Below, one piece after another: positions 40,874 through 52,642 of a stretch of DNA of 64,000 nt. The first letter of the stretch is position 1. Every line of letters starts with the position of its first letter. Location of the stretch: the NCBI GenBank assembly GCA_951406725.2, contig OX597815.1:4588001-4652000 (forward strand), given 5' to 3'. The notes below the pieces were generated by a model. The model was not told where the DNA came from. It did not search any database and saw nothing but the letters and a program-made list of their open reading frames with translations. This stretch comes from Octopus vulgaris (lineage: Eukaryota). The translations under genes and the position numbers were made by a program.

Positions 40874-42109
40874 AACAACAAACAAGATGAGGACAAATAT
40901 CCGTCAAATGTAAATAAGGTAAATAATTCCTCAACTCTTAAATATAGAATCGTAAGACTTGATTGGTTCTGTATTTTAATCTACCTGGAAAGGTCGAAAG
41001 GCAAAACTGAACTTAACAGGATTTGAACCGAGAATGTAAGGAGGCAGAGGAGCAGCCAACCCACCTCCTACCATGTATTATTGGATTTGAAAAACATGAT
41101 GGAATAATACCATGCAATACCATGTTGCCATTTCCGCCTGACTGGCTCCCGTGCTAGTGGCATGTAAAAAGCACCATTCAAGCATGGTCGATGCCAATAC
41201 TGCGTGACTGGCCCTTGTGCCAGTGGCATGTAAAAGCACCCACTACACTCTCAGAGTGGTTGGCGTTAGGAAGGGCATCCAGCTGTAGAAACATTGCCAG
41301 ATCAGATTGGAGCCTAGTGCAGCCTCCTGGCTTCCCAGACTCCGGTCGAACCGTCCAACCCATGCCAGCATGGAAAGCATTAATACACACACACATGCCG
41401 CATTGCGCACACCCGAGTATACTGCGGTGTTTTTGTGGCCAATATGTTCTCTTTTACTTGTTTCAGTCATTTGACTGCGGCCATGCTGGAGCACCGCCTT
41501 TTAATCGAGCAACTCGACCCCGGGACTTATCTTTTTTTGTAAGCCCAGTACTTATTCTATCGGTCTATTTTGCCGAACCGTTAAGTAACGGGGACGTAAA
41601 CATACCAGCATCGTTTGTCAAGCGATGTTGGGGGGGACAAACACAAACACACACACGCATATATATATATATATATACACATATATACGACGGGCTTCTT
41701 TTCAGTTTCCGTCTACCAAATCCACTCACAAGTCTTTAGTCGGCCCGAGGCTATAGTAGAAGACACTTGCCCAAGGTGCCACACAGTGGGACTGAACCCG
41801 GAACCATGTGGTTGGTAAACGAGCTACATACCACACAGCCACTCCTGCGCCTATTTATATTCCTTAGATTTTAATTATTTCTGTGGGAGATTTTGGAACG
41901 TGACACCTGCGATGATTGAGGGATTACTGTAATTGGAATTCAAACAGGTGGTGCACCCTGACGGCAGTTATTGCAAGGGAGGTAACCAATTCTAGATAAA
42001 TCAGGAAGAGGTTAGAATTTGGGTTTTTAAACTGAAGAGTAACAAAGAAGAGGCAGAATATATTTGCAAAATACGAAAATACGGCAAAAAAATTGATAAT
42101 TTAAGATAA

Positions 42110-42391
42110 ATAGAAAATATTTTTTTATTATTCATATCACATAAACACTGATTGAAGGAGATCACGCTCCTAATTAAATTTTAGCAAACCTCCAAATTGT
42201 TTTGACAACAGATTGGATTGATGTGGTGTTGTTGTTGTTATTGTTGTTGATGATGATGATGTTGCTGCTTTCAACTCTGTTGTTATTGTTGTTGGACATG
42301 TTCAGAGGTGTGTGCGCGCGTGTGTGTCTGTATATCTGTGTGTGTGTATGTGTGTTATTATGTATGTGTGTTTGTGTTTAAATTGGGAGGA

Positions 42392-42426
<35 letters not shown>

Positions 42427-42994
42427 TAAACGGGCTTCAGAAAGGGATTATTAATTTGCATATAATGAGTGGCGTTTCCATGGTGATCCAGCGACAACAA
42501 CAACATTGATGCTGAGCTACCGACATCATTAAGTGTGGGTGGGGATTGGGGTTGAGGGTGGGGTGAATTTTCCACAGAGAAGTTCCGCAGCTTTTAATGC
42601 CATATAACCGAGAAGAAATCACACAGTCCATGAAAAGGTCATGTTAGGAAGGACTTCTCGGTCTCAAAAGACCATCACTATCAACGAGATTAATTAATTA
42701 GTATAATTATTGTTGTTATTTAATCTGGGAGAAAAGTGTCTTTTTGTGTTTTTTTTTTTATTAATTAATTAATTTATATATTTTATTTTATTTTATTTTT
42801 TTTTCCTGTGTTTTTTTCCTCTTTGCAAGACTTTCCATTTTTCTTTTTCTTTTTCTTTTTTTTCTTATTTCTTCATCCCTCCTGAAAGAACGGTGAAGAC
42901 AACAGCAGTAGCAGCAACATAACTCAGGACACACCTCCACATACACTTTTTTTGTTTTCTTTTTCCATTTTTGTTTTTGTTCTTTTTTTTGTTT
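42110..42994 (-). other. RAB21: Probable Rab21 3' UTR
   Basis: Non-transposon A-rich (minus-strand) sequence after the stop codon. AATAAA hexamers lie on the minus strand near 42760-42800 and about 42125. The true 3' end is unknown. Confidence 0.45.
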
Positions 42995-43110
42995 TTAACA
43001 GCATCCACTGGACTTCCGCTCCGCCGGCTCATCTTCCACAACCATCACGGTCTTCCGGTTGTTTGTTCCTCTTTTGTTTTGACAATTGCTGTCGGCTTTT
43101 TCAATCATAC
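42995..43110 (-). CDS. RAB21: Rab21 terminal coding exon; not in the ORF track
   Basis: ttcgttgcag|GT ATG ATT GAA ... GGA TGC TGT TAA encodes (C)MIEKADSNCQNKRGTNNRKTVMVVEDEPAERKSSGCC*, a hypervariable tail ending in a CC geranylgeranylation motif. Confidence 0.93.
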
Positions 43111-44068
43111 CTGCAACGAAGGACCGAAACAAACAAATAAAATAACAGCTCTAAAATAAAAAAGACAAAATACAAAAAAACAATGTAGGAGTGGCTGTGT
43201 GGTAAGTAGCTTGCTTACCAACCACATGGTTCCGGGTTCAGTCCCACTGCGTGGCACCTTGGGCAAGTGTCTTCTGCTATAGCCCCGGGCCGACCAATGC
43301 CTTGTGAGTGGATTTGGTAGACAGAAACTGAAAGAAGCCCGTCGTATATATGTATATATATATATGTGTGTGTGTCTGTGTTTGTGTGTCTGTGTTTGTC
43401 CCCCTAGCATTGCTTGACAACCGATGCTGGTGTGTTTACGTGCCCGTCACTTAGCGGTTCGGCAAAAGAGACCGATACAATAAGTACTGGGCTTACAAAG
43501 AATAAGTCCCGGGGTCGATTTGCTTGACTAAGGCGGTGCTCCAGCATGGCCGCAGTCAAATGACTGAAAAGAGTAAAAGAGTAAAAGAGAGAGTAATAGG
43601 CGCAGGCATGGGTGTGTGGCAGAAAGTTTGCTTCCCAACCACAGGGTTCCAGGTTCAGTCCCATTGCATGGCACCATGGGCAAGTGAGTGTCTTCAGCCT
43701 TAGGCCAACCAAAGCTTTGTGAGCAGATTCAGTAGACGGAAACTGAAAGAAGCCTGTCGTGTGTGTGTCTTTAAGTCTGTGTTTGCCTCCCACCACCACC
43801 ACTTGACACTAGTTCTGTCAGCTAAATCCATTCTCAAGACTTTGGTCAGCTGGCGATATGATAGAGAACGTTTGCTCAAGGTGCTGTGCAGTGGGACTGA
43901 ACCGGAAGCCATGTGGTTAGGAAGGAAGCTTTATACCTCATGGCCACGCCTATCTATGTAGATATATATATATATATAGGGAGAATTCATGGAAAAAACA
44001 AAAGACGAAGACAGATGGTGTACAAAACAAACAGATGTATTAGTATAACGCTCAGGAATAGAAAAAGT

Positions 44069-44104
44069 CTTTTACGTTTCGAGCCTTCGCTCTTCTACAG
44101 AAAG
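44069..44104 (-). ncRNA. Hammerhead-like motif with variant core
   Basis: CUUU-CUGUAGA-A-GAGC(GAAG)GCUC-GAAA-CG-UA^AAAG, inside a ~190-bp element (43979-44170) flanked by (TA)n. Position 6 of the core is U rather than A. Confidence 0.55.
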
Positions 44105-44611
44105 GGACACAGAAAAAAACAAGGAGAGAAAAAAAAATGTGTGTAGTGGCTAACGATCTATCATGGTGACTATATATATATATATGCATTGTGCCAGTGC
44201 CACGTAAAAAGGACATGTGCAGGTGGCACAGAAAAAGATCTGTGCTGGTGCCATGTGAATGGCACCCAGTCCACCCTGTGAAGAGGTTGGCATTAAGAAG
44301 GGCACCTAGTCATAGAAACCATACCAGACTTTGGGGCATGACAAAGTCCTCTGGCTCATTCCACCCTTTCGAATATGGAGCCTGGGCAGATCCTGTCAAA
44401 CCGTCCAGTCCATGCCAGCATGGAAAATGGACGTATGATGAGGATGATGATGATGTGTGCTATGTGTGTATTATAATGTATTGACATGTAACAGACGTTA
44501 GAGGTGTGTGGGTTAGTGGTTAGGGTGTTGGACTCATGATCGTAAGATTGTGGTTTCGATTTCTGGGTTGGGCGATGCATTGTATTCTTGAGCAAAACAC
44601 TTGAGCAAAAC

Positions 44612-45218
44612 ATCAAGAAGGCCGAGGGTGTCTTGGCATCACTCAGCAAGACTTTTGTTAGCCACTCTCCAGCCATCTATTTAAAACTGTATACAGCTAT
44701 GGTACGACCACACTTGGAATTCGCATCATCAGTTTGGAACCCCTATCTTGCTCAGAACATTGACCTCCTGGAATCTGTCCAGAGATGTGCAACCAAACGC
44801 ATACCCTCCATCAGACACCTACCATATTCTGAGCGCCTTGTTTCCGTGGGCATGGATTCACTGAAGCTCCGGCGTCTGGCGACGGACTTGGTAAACACCC
44901 ACAAAGTTATCAACCACCTCACCAACAACAACACTGAACACCTTTTTGATCTCCATGTGTCTAACACACGTGGACATGCCTACAAAGTCAGAAAACAATA
45001 CAGCTCCCATGACTTTCGGAAACATTTTTTCACGCTCAGAGTTGCTGAAGCATGGAATAAACTGCCTGCGTCAGTTGTTGACTGCCATGACACTGCATCC
45101 TTTAAGGCCCTCATGCTTTCCGAAATCCGCCGAAACTACACCTGATTATATATACACTTTAGATGAGTTGTAGTGCACCTGAGCACTGTACACAATTATT
45201 ATTATTATTATTATTATT
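44612..45218 (+). mobile_element. CR1-type LINE 3' end with (TTA)n tail
   Basis: LYTAMVRPHLEFASSVWNPY..LESVQR..TRGH..FFTLRVAEAWNKLP. Confidence 0.92.
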
Positions 45219-45388
45219 TCACGTTGCTCCAGTCCACTCAGCTGGCAAAAGTGAGTTAATTCTGCAATGGACTGGCGTCCCATCCAGGGGGGGAATATAC
45301 ACGCCAAAGAAACCGGGAAGCCGGCCCTTATGAGCCTGGCATGGCTTGAGAAGGAAACATTTTTTTTTTTTTATTTTACATGTAACAA

Positions 45389-45430
<42 letters not shown>

Positions 45431-45472
45431 TGTGTGGAGGGGAGATGAAAAAGAGAACACCGTGTCACCTAC

Positions 45473-45561
45473 ATTTGCTGAGGTCTAAAAAGAGTTCTTC
45501 AGTTCCTTTGTTCAGCTTGGCAGAAGTATGGAAATGTTTGGCACCCACAGACTCTGCATAA
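45473..45561 (-). CDS. RAB21: Rab21 internal exon (89 nt, phase 2-1); not in the ORF track
   Basis: Found by reading the minus strand. tttttctag|T TAT GCA GAG ... AGC AAA T|gtaggt encodes (S)YAESVGAKHFHTSAKLNKGTEELFLDLSK(C) with the G5 SAK motif; phases match both neighbouring exons. Confidence 0.94.
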
Positions 45562-45881
45562 CTAGAAAAAGAAGGAAGATTTTACATTAATATCTCAGAC
45601 CGTTTGCAAGACGTAGCAATTAGTTTTCCTTTCCCAAAATTTATATAGCCTTACACATCGAAACTCATGCTCCCTGCCAAAAAACCAAAAAAACAAAAAA
45701 AAACCAAAAAATCATGGTTGATGAGGTCTAGGTTGTGGACTAAAGAACAATTATTGAACATAATTTACATTTGATGGATCAAAGAACTGGCCGAAAGGTG
45801 GCTTTAGACGGTGCCACACGATGGCCTCTATTCGAAATGCTCAACAGCTTTTGTTGTAACTTAATCAACAAAGCAAATACG

Positions 45882-48800
45882 GGATCTTTTCGGTTTGAAC
45901 GGCAGTTTTTTCTAGCAGTGTCCTATGAAATTGTCACCCATAATTATGACCCTAGTATCAATCTATTGCATTTCAATCTGTTTTAGGGTTAGGGGTGGGG
46001 GAAGGGTATCTTTTTTTCTTCACAAATGTAAATAAACCCAATCTGTTTCTTAAACGAGGGACATATTCATACGGCACAGAATGTTTTTACCTCAATAGAC
46101 GTCATTGATTGGTTGAAATTGCAGAAATTGAAGAAAAAAAAAACAACAAATATCTTACAAACCATAGAATTTTCTCAATAAAACCAAGAGAAAAAGATGT
46201 TTTATAAACACATTCTACCAGTATACGAAGTTTTAAAGTGTTTAGTTACATGGAAATTATTTTTAAAAACTGCCGGTCAAACCAAAAAGATCCATGTTTC
46301 GTAAACAAGGGACATGTTCATACGGTACAGAATGTTTTTTTATCTCAATAGACGTCATTGATTGGTTGAAATTGCAGAAATTGAAGAAAAAAAACAACAA
46401 ATATCTTACAAACCATAGAATTTTCTCAATAAAACCAAGAGAAAAAGATGTTTTATAAACACATTCTACCAGTATACGAAGTTTTAAAGTGTTTAGTTAC
46501 ATGGAAATTATTTTTAAAAACTGCCGGTCAAACCAAAAAGATCCATGTTTCGTAAACGAGGGACATGTTCATACGGTACAGAATGTTTTTTTATCTCAAT
46601 AGACGTCATTGATTGGTTGAAATTGCAGAAATTGAAGAAAAAAAAACAACAAATATCTTACAAACCATAGAATTTTCTCAATAAAACCAAGAGAAAAAGA
46701 TGTTTTATAAACACATTCTACCAGTATACGAAGTTTTAAAGTGTTTAGTTACATGGAAATTATTTTTAAAAACTGCCGGTCAAACCAAAAAGATCCATGT
46801 TTCGTAAACGAGGGACATGTTCATACGGTACAGAATGTTTTTTTATCTCAATAGACGTCATTGATTGGTTGAAATTGCAGAAATTGAAGAAAAAAACAAC
46901 AAATATCTTACAAACCATAGAATTTTCTCAATAAAACCAAGAGAAAAAGATGTTTTATAAACACATTCTACCAGTATACGAAGTTTTAAAGTGTTTAGTT
47001 ACATGGAAATTATTTTTAAAAACTGCCGGTCAAACCAAAAAGATCCATGTTTCGTAAACAAGGGACATGTTCATACGGTACAGAATGTTTTTTTTACCTC
47101 AATAGACGTCATTGATTGGTTGAAATTGCAGAAAAACAACAACAAATATCTTACAAACTACAGAATTTTTTCAATAAAACCGAGAGAAAAAGATGTTTTA
47201 TAAACACATTCTACCAGTATACGAAGTTTAAAAGTGTTTAGTTACATGGAAATTATTTTAAAAAACTGCCGGTCAAACCGAAAAGATCCATGTTTCGTAA
47301 ACGAGGGACATGTTCATACGGTACAGAATGTTTTTTTTACCTCAATAGACGTCATTGATTGGTTGAAATTGCAGAAATTGAAGGAAAAAAAAACCAACAA
47401 ATATCTTGCAAACTATAGAATTTTCTCAATAAAGCCAAGAGAAAAAGATGGTTTTATAAACACATTCTACCAGTATACGAAGTTTAAAAGTGTTTAGTTA
47501 CGTGGAAATTATGTTATAAAACTGCCGGTCAAATCAAAAAGATCCATGTTTCGTAAACGAGGGACATGTTCATACGGTACAGAATGTTTTTTTTACCTCA
47601 ATAGACGTCATTGATTGGTTGAAATTGCAGAAATTGCAGAAAAACAACAACAAATATCTTACAAACTATAGAATTTTTTCAATAAAGCCAAGAGAAAAAG
47701 ATGTTTTATAAACACATTCTACCAGTATACAAAGTTTAAAAGTGTTTAGTTAAATGGAAATTATTTTTAAAAACTGCCGGTCAAACCAAAAAGATCCATG
47801 TTTCGTAAACGAGGGACATGTTCATACGGTACAGAATGTTTTTTTACCTCAATAGACGTCATTGATTGGTTGAAATTGCAGAAATTGAAGAAAAAAAAAA
47901 CAAATATCTTGCAAACTATGGAATTTTCTCAATAAAGCCAAGAGAAAAAGATGTTTTATAAACATATTCTACCAGTATACGAAGTTTAAAAGTGTTTAAG
48001 TTACATGGAAATTATTTTAAAAAACTGCCGGTCAAACCAAAAAGATCCATGTTTCGTAAACGAGGGACATGTTCATACGGTACAGAATGTTTTCACCTCA
48101 ATAGACGTCATTGATTGGTTGAAATTGCAGAAATTGAAGAAAAACAACAACAAATATCTTACAAACTACAGAATTTCTTCAATAAAGCCGAGAGAAAAAG
48201 ATGTTTTATAAACACATTCTACCAGTATACGAAGTTTAAAAGTGTTTAAGTTACATGGAAATTATTTTAAAAAACTGCCGGTCAAACCAAAAAGATCCAT
48301 GTTTCGTAAACGAGGGACATGTTCATACGGTACAGAATGTTTTCACCTCAATAGACGTCATTGATTGGTTGAAATTGCAGGAATTGAAGAAAAACAACAA
48401 CAAATATCTTACAAACTATAGAATTTTCTAAATAAAACCAAGAGAAAAAGATGTTTTATAAACACATTCTACCAGTATACAAAGTTTAAAAGTGTTTAGT
48501 TACATGGAAATTATTTTAAAAAACTGCCGGTCAAACCAAAAAGATCCATGTTTCGTAAACGAGGGACATGTTCATACGGTACAGAATGTTTTTTTTTACC
48601 TCAATAGACGTCATTGATTGGTTGAAATTGAAGAAAAACAACAACAAATATCTTACAAACTACAGAATTTCTTCAATAAAGCCGAGAGAAAAAGATGTTT
48701 TATAAACACATTCTACCAGTGTACGAAGTTTAAAAGTGTTTAGTTACATGGAAATTATTTTAAAAAACTGCCGGTCAAACCAAAAAGATCCATGTTTCGT

Positions 48801-50032
48801 AAACGAGGGACATGTTCATACGGTACAGAATGTTTTCACCTCAATAGACGTCATTGATTGGTTGAAATTGCAGAAATTGAAGGAAAAAAAAACAACAAAT
48901 ATCTTGCAAACTATAGAATTTTCTAAATAAAGCCAAGAGAAAAAGATGTTTTATAAACACATTCTACCAGTATACAAAGTTTAAAAATGTTTAGTTACAT
49001 GGAAATTATTTTAAAAAACTGCCGGTCAAACCAAAAAGATCCATGTTTCGTAAACGAGGGACATGTTCATACGGTACAGAATGTTTTTTTTACCTCAATA
49101 GACGTCATTGATTGGTTGAAATTGCAGAAATTGAAGGAAAAAAAACAACAAATATCTTGCAAACTATAGAATTTTCTAAATAAAGCCAAGAGAAAAAGAT
49201 GTTTTATAAACACATTCTACCAGTATACAAAGTTTAAAAATGTTTAGTTACATGGAAATTATTTTAAAAAACTGCCGGTCAAACCAAAAAGATCCATGTT
49301 TCGTAAACGAGGGACATGTTCATACGGTACAGAATGTTTTTTTTTACCTCAATAGACGTCATTGATTGGTTGAAATTGCAGAAAAACAACAACAAATATC
49401 TTACAAACTACAGAATTTTTTCAATAAAACCGAGAGAAAAAGATGTTTTATAAACACATTCTACCAGTATACGAAGTTTAAAAGTGTTTAGTTACATGGA
49501 AATTATTTTAAAAAACTGCCGGTCAAACCAAAAAGATCCATGTTTCGTAAACGAGGGACATGTTCATACGGTACAGAATGTTTTTTTTTACCTCAATAGA
49601 CGTCATTGATTGGTTGAAATTGCAGAAATTGAAGAAAAACAACAACAAATATCTTACAAACTACAGAATTTTTTCAATAAAGCCGAGAGAAAAAGATGTT
49701 TTATAAACACATTCTACCAGTATACGAAGTTTAAAAGTGTTTAAGTTACATGGAAATTATTTTAAAAAACTGCCGGTCAAACCAAAAAGATCCATGTTTC
49801 GTAAACGAGGGACATGTTCATACGGTACAGAATGTTTTACCTCAATAGACGTCATTGATTGGTTGAAATTGCAGAAAAACAACAACAAATATCTTACAAA
49901 CTACAGAATTTTTCAATAAAACCGAGAGAAAAAGATGTTTTATAAACACATTCTACCAGTATACAAAGTTTAAAAGTGTTTAAGTTACATGGAAATTATT
50001 TTAAAAAACTGCCGGTCAAACCGAAAAGATCC
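45882..50032. mobile_element. Non-autonomous TIR DNA transposon with tandemly amplified right half
   Basis: 30-bp TIRs GGATCTTTTCGGTTTGA(A/C)CGGCAGTTTTTT with one mismatch; flanking direct repeat CAAATACG at 45874-45881 and 50033-50040. Confidence 0.85.
46043..50032. repeat. ~250-bp tandem satellite, 16 copies
   Basis: Unit tgtttcgtaaacgagggacatg...aaaaactgccggtcaaacc(a/g)aaaagatcc recurs every ~240-256 bp. Confidence 0.95.
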
Positions 50033-50102
50033 CAAATACGTTACCAAAATTTCTGACTCCACACAAATAATCCCCAATGAAATATTTCATTAGTAAACTT
50101 AC

Positions 50103-50221
50103 CTTTCTGCATCGGACACAGACACATGCCGTTCTTTTTCTAAGTCTATTTTGTTACCGGCAATACACAAACAGATGTCATTCCCTAGCATTTTGCGAAG
50201 TTCTTTCACCCAGTTCTTGAC
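50103..50221 (-). CDS. RAB21: Rab21 internal exon (119 nt, phase 0-2)
   Basis: Acceptor aatcag|GTC, donor GAA AG|gtaagt. Encodes VKNWVKELRKMLGNDICLCIAGNKIDLEKERHVSVSDAE(S) with the G4 NKxD motif; in frame with the previous exon. Confidence 0.96.
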
Positions 50222-50585
50222 CTGATTCAGGAAAGAAAAACACAAAGTGGAAATATCAAAATATAAAAGAATTCTGGTTTCATTTTCGTTATCAGAAGTT
50301 AAATTATATTTAAAAATCAACTAAGGGGAAATAACTCCTGATTGAACAAAAATAATGTTTTTTTTTTTTTTTTTTTTTTTTTTACTTGTTTCAGTCATTT
50401 GACTGCGGCCATGCTGGAGCACCGCCTTTAGTCGAGCAAATCGACGCCAGGACTTATTCTTTTTGTAAGCCCAGTACTTATTCTATCGGTCTCTTCTGCC
50501 GAACCGCTAAGTGACGGGGACGTAAACACACCAGCATCGGTTGTCAAGCAATGCTAGGGGGACAAACACAGACACACAAACACAG

Positions 50586-50622
<37 letters not shown>

Positions 50623-50849
50623 CGACAGGCTTCTTTCAGTTTCCGTCTACCAAATCCACTCACAAGGCATTGGTCGGCCCGAGGCTATAGCAGAAGACAC
50701 TTGCCCAAGATGCCACGCAGTGGGACTGAACCCGGAACCATGTGGTTGGTTAGCAAGCTACTTACCACACAGCCACTCCTGCGCCTCTTGTTCCAATATA
50801 TTTCATATTTTTTAAATTTCATCTAGTTTCAGCTCACGAGCTGTGGCCA

Positions 50850-51430
50850 TGCTGGGGCACCGCCATTTGGTGTTGCTACATGATTTTACTTCATGAATGC
50901 TTTTTAGCAATTGATATTTGGTGCACGAGAGAGTTCGATGCAGCTGCCCTCATCTGCACCTCCTGCCGCAAAGTTGGTTCATCTGGGACACCTGACAGGA
51001 AGAGGTCCAGCTTTATTTTGAAGACATCTGCAGGTCTCTCAGGTCCTTCGGGAGGATATTGAAGAGCTGTGGGCCTCTGAAGCCCAGGCTATCACAGTAT
51101 CTTGTCCTACATCTTGATGGCAAATTTGGAGTCTTGGCACTATGCAGTGGCGCCCAGTTCTGGCATTTGTGTAACTCTCGATGCCAAAGTTTGGGACAAG
51201 TCCTTCCAGGATCTGCCAGATGTATATTATGGCATATCTTTCTCGCCTATGCTCTAAGGAATAGAGTCTTAATCTCTTGAGTCTTTCCCAATAGCTTATA
51301 TGCTGCACAGAGGCTATCTTCTTCGTGTAGCTTCGTTGGATCGCCTCAAGTTCTGAGATTAATTTGACACTGGTTGGTGACCATAGCTGAGAGCAATAGT
51401 CAAAGTGGCTAAGCACAAGTGTCCTCCTGG
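50850..51430 (-). mobile_element. CR1/Jockey-group LINE 3' end (second family)
   Basis: LSHFDYCSQLWSP..LEAIQRSYTKKI..SYWERLKRLRLYSLEHRRERY. Confidence 0.85.
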
Positions 51431-52642
51431 TCTCTTGTTCAATAATTCACAAATTATTATTAAAAAATTCTAGATGGGGGTTGCAGTGGCTACGACAACC
51501 ACCACCACTACCACCATTTTAATGTACAATTTCCATGTTTGCATTGAGTAGAGAGAATTGTTGAAGCAGATGCGCTTCCCTGTTTCCAAGCAAGGTTTCC
51601 CTATGAGCAGAAATGATTTTTGTGGAAGATTAGAAACAACCAACACCGCTTGTATGACAGTGATGCTCATTTACAACCAAAACATGATGCTAAGTGAAGG
51701 CAATGCACAGACAAACGAATCTATATTATAAATTACAACAGGCTTCTTTCAATTTCCGTTCACCAAATCCATTCATAAGGCTTTGGTTAGGACAGGGTTA
51801 GTAAAAAGACATTTGCCTGAAGTGTCATGAAATGGAACTGAACCAAAAACCAGATGGCCTCTTAGAGTCACTCAGCCTGCTAGAAATATCATCTCTATTA
51901 AATCACAAATTCTTGCCAACATTCACTACATCCTACGGAAGTAGAGGGATTTTTTAAAAATACACAGAAAAGATTGCTTTTTATAAACCAGCGGAAGATG
52001 ATTGATAAGGCTGTGACTGAGCTTGAGATGGTCGAGTGTTTAGGAATTTCCTTCTGGATTGAGCAACAGTCTATGACAAATCACACAAACACAAGGTTTG
52101 ATCCCTGTACTCAATACTCAGGTGAACTGAGGTTTTGTAGAATTGTTCTAATTGAGCAATCTGCAGTAGAACTAAAAATTATCATCGTTTAACATTCCTT
52201 TTCCAAACTTCTTACCCCACAGCTACTCCAGCACCTATTTCAGGTCATCATCATCATCATCATTGATTAACGTCCGTTTTCCATGCTGGCATGGGTTGGA
52301 TGGTTTGACTGTGGCCTGGAGAGCCAGTGGCTGCACCAGGCTCCAAACTGATCTGTAAAGTTTCCACAGCCCTTCCTAATGCCAACCACTCCGAGAATGT
52401 AGTGGGTGCTTTTTACATGCCACTGGCAGAGGAGCCAGTCAGGTAGACATGACATTGACCACATTTGGATGGTGCTTTTACATGCCACCAGTATGGGAGC
52501 CATTTAAGGGGCACTGGCCACAGTTACAATATTGGTTTTACTTGACTCCACATGTCTTCTCAAGCATATCATATTGCTTGACGCATCAGGGGTATTCTTA
52601 ACAGGGCCAGACATGCGTGGCTGCGATCTCTTTTATAAATGA

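Larger units (their letters stand above)
40320..40950 (+). mobile_element. tRNA-headed element plus two ~170-bp hammerhead-bearing modules separated by (TAA)n and a spacer
   Basis: A-box-like TAGTGTAGTGG and B-box GTTCGATTCC in 40320-40394, then (TAA)n. The module at about 40427-40600 repeats at about 40778-40950. Confidence 0.65.

Noticed and set aside
45467-45472. Alternative donor AG|gtgaca 4 nt beyond the chosen donor
   Set aside because: It would break the frame with the terminal exon, whereas T|gtaggt preserves it.
45983-46000. TTAGGG telomere-like repeat
   Set aside because: There are only two copies, inside the MITE left arm.
46991-49919. Repeated 60-87 aa ORFs (MFSYMEIILKNCRSNQKDP...)
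   Set aside because: These are by-products of the 250-bp satellite, and homopolymer indels shift the frame freely between units.
46043-50032. CRISPR-like array
   Set aside because: Whole units repeat with no unique spacers, the context is eukaryotic, and there are no cas genes.
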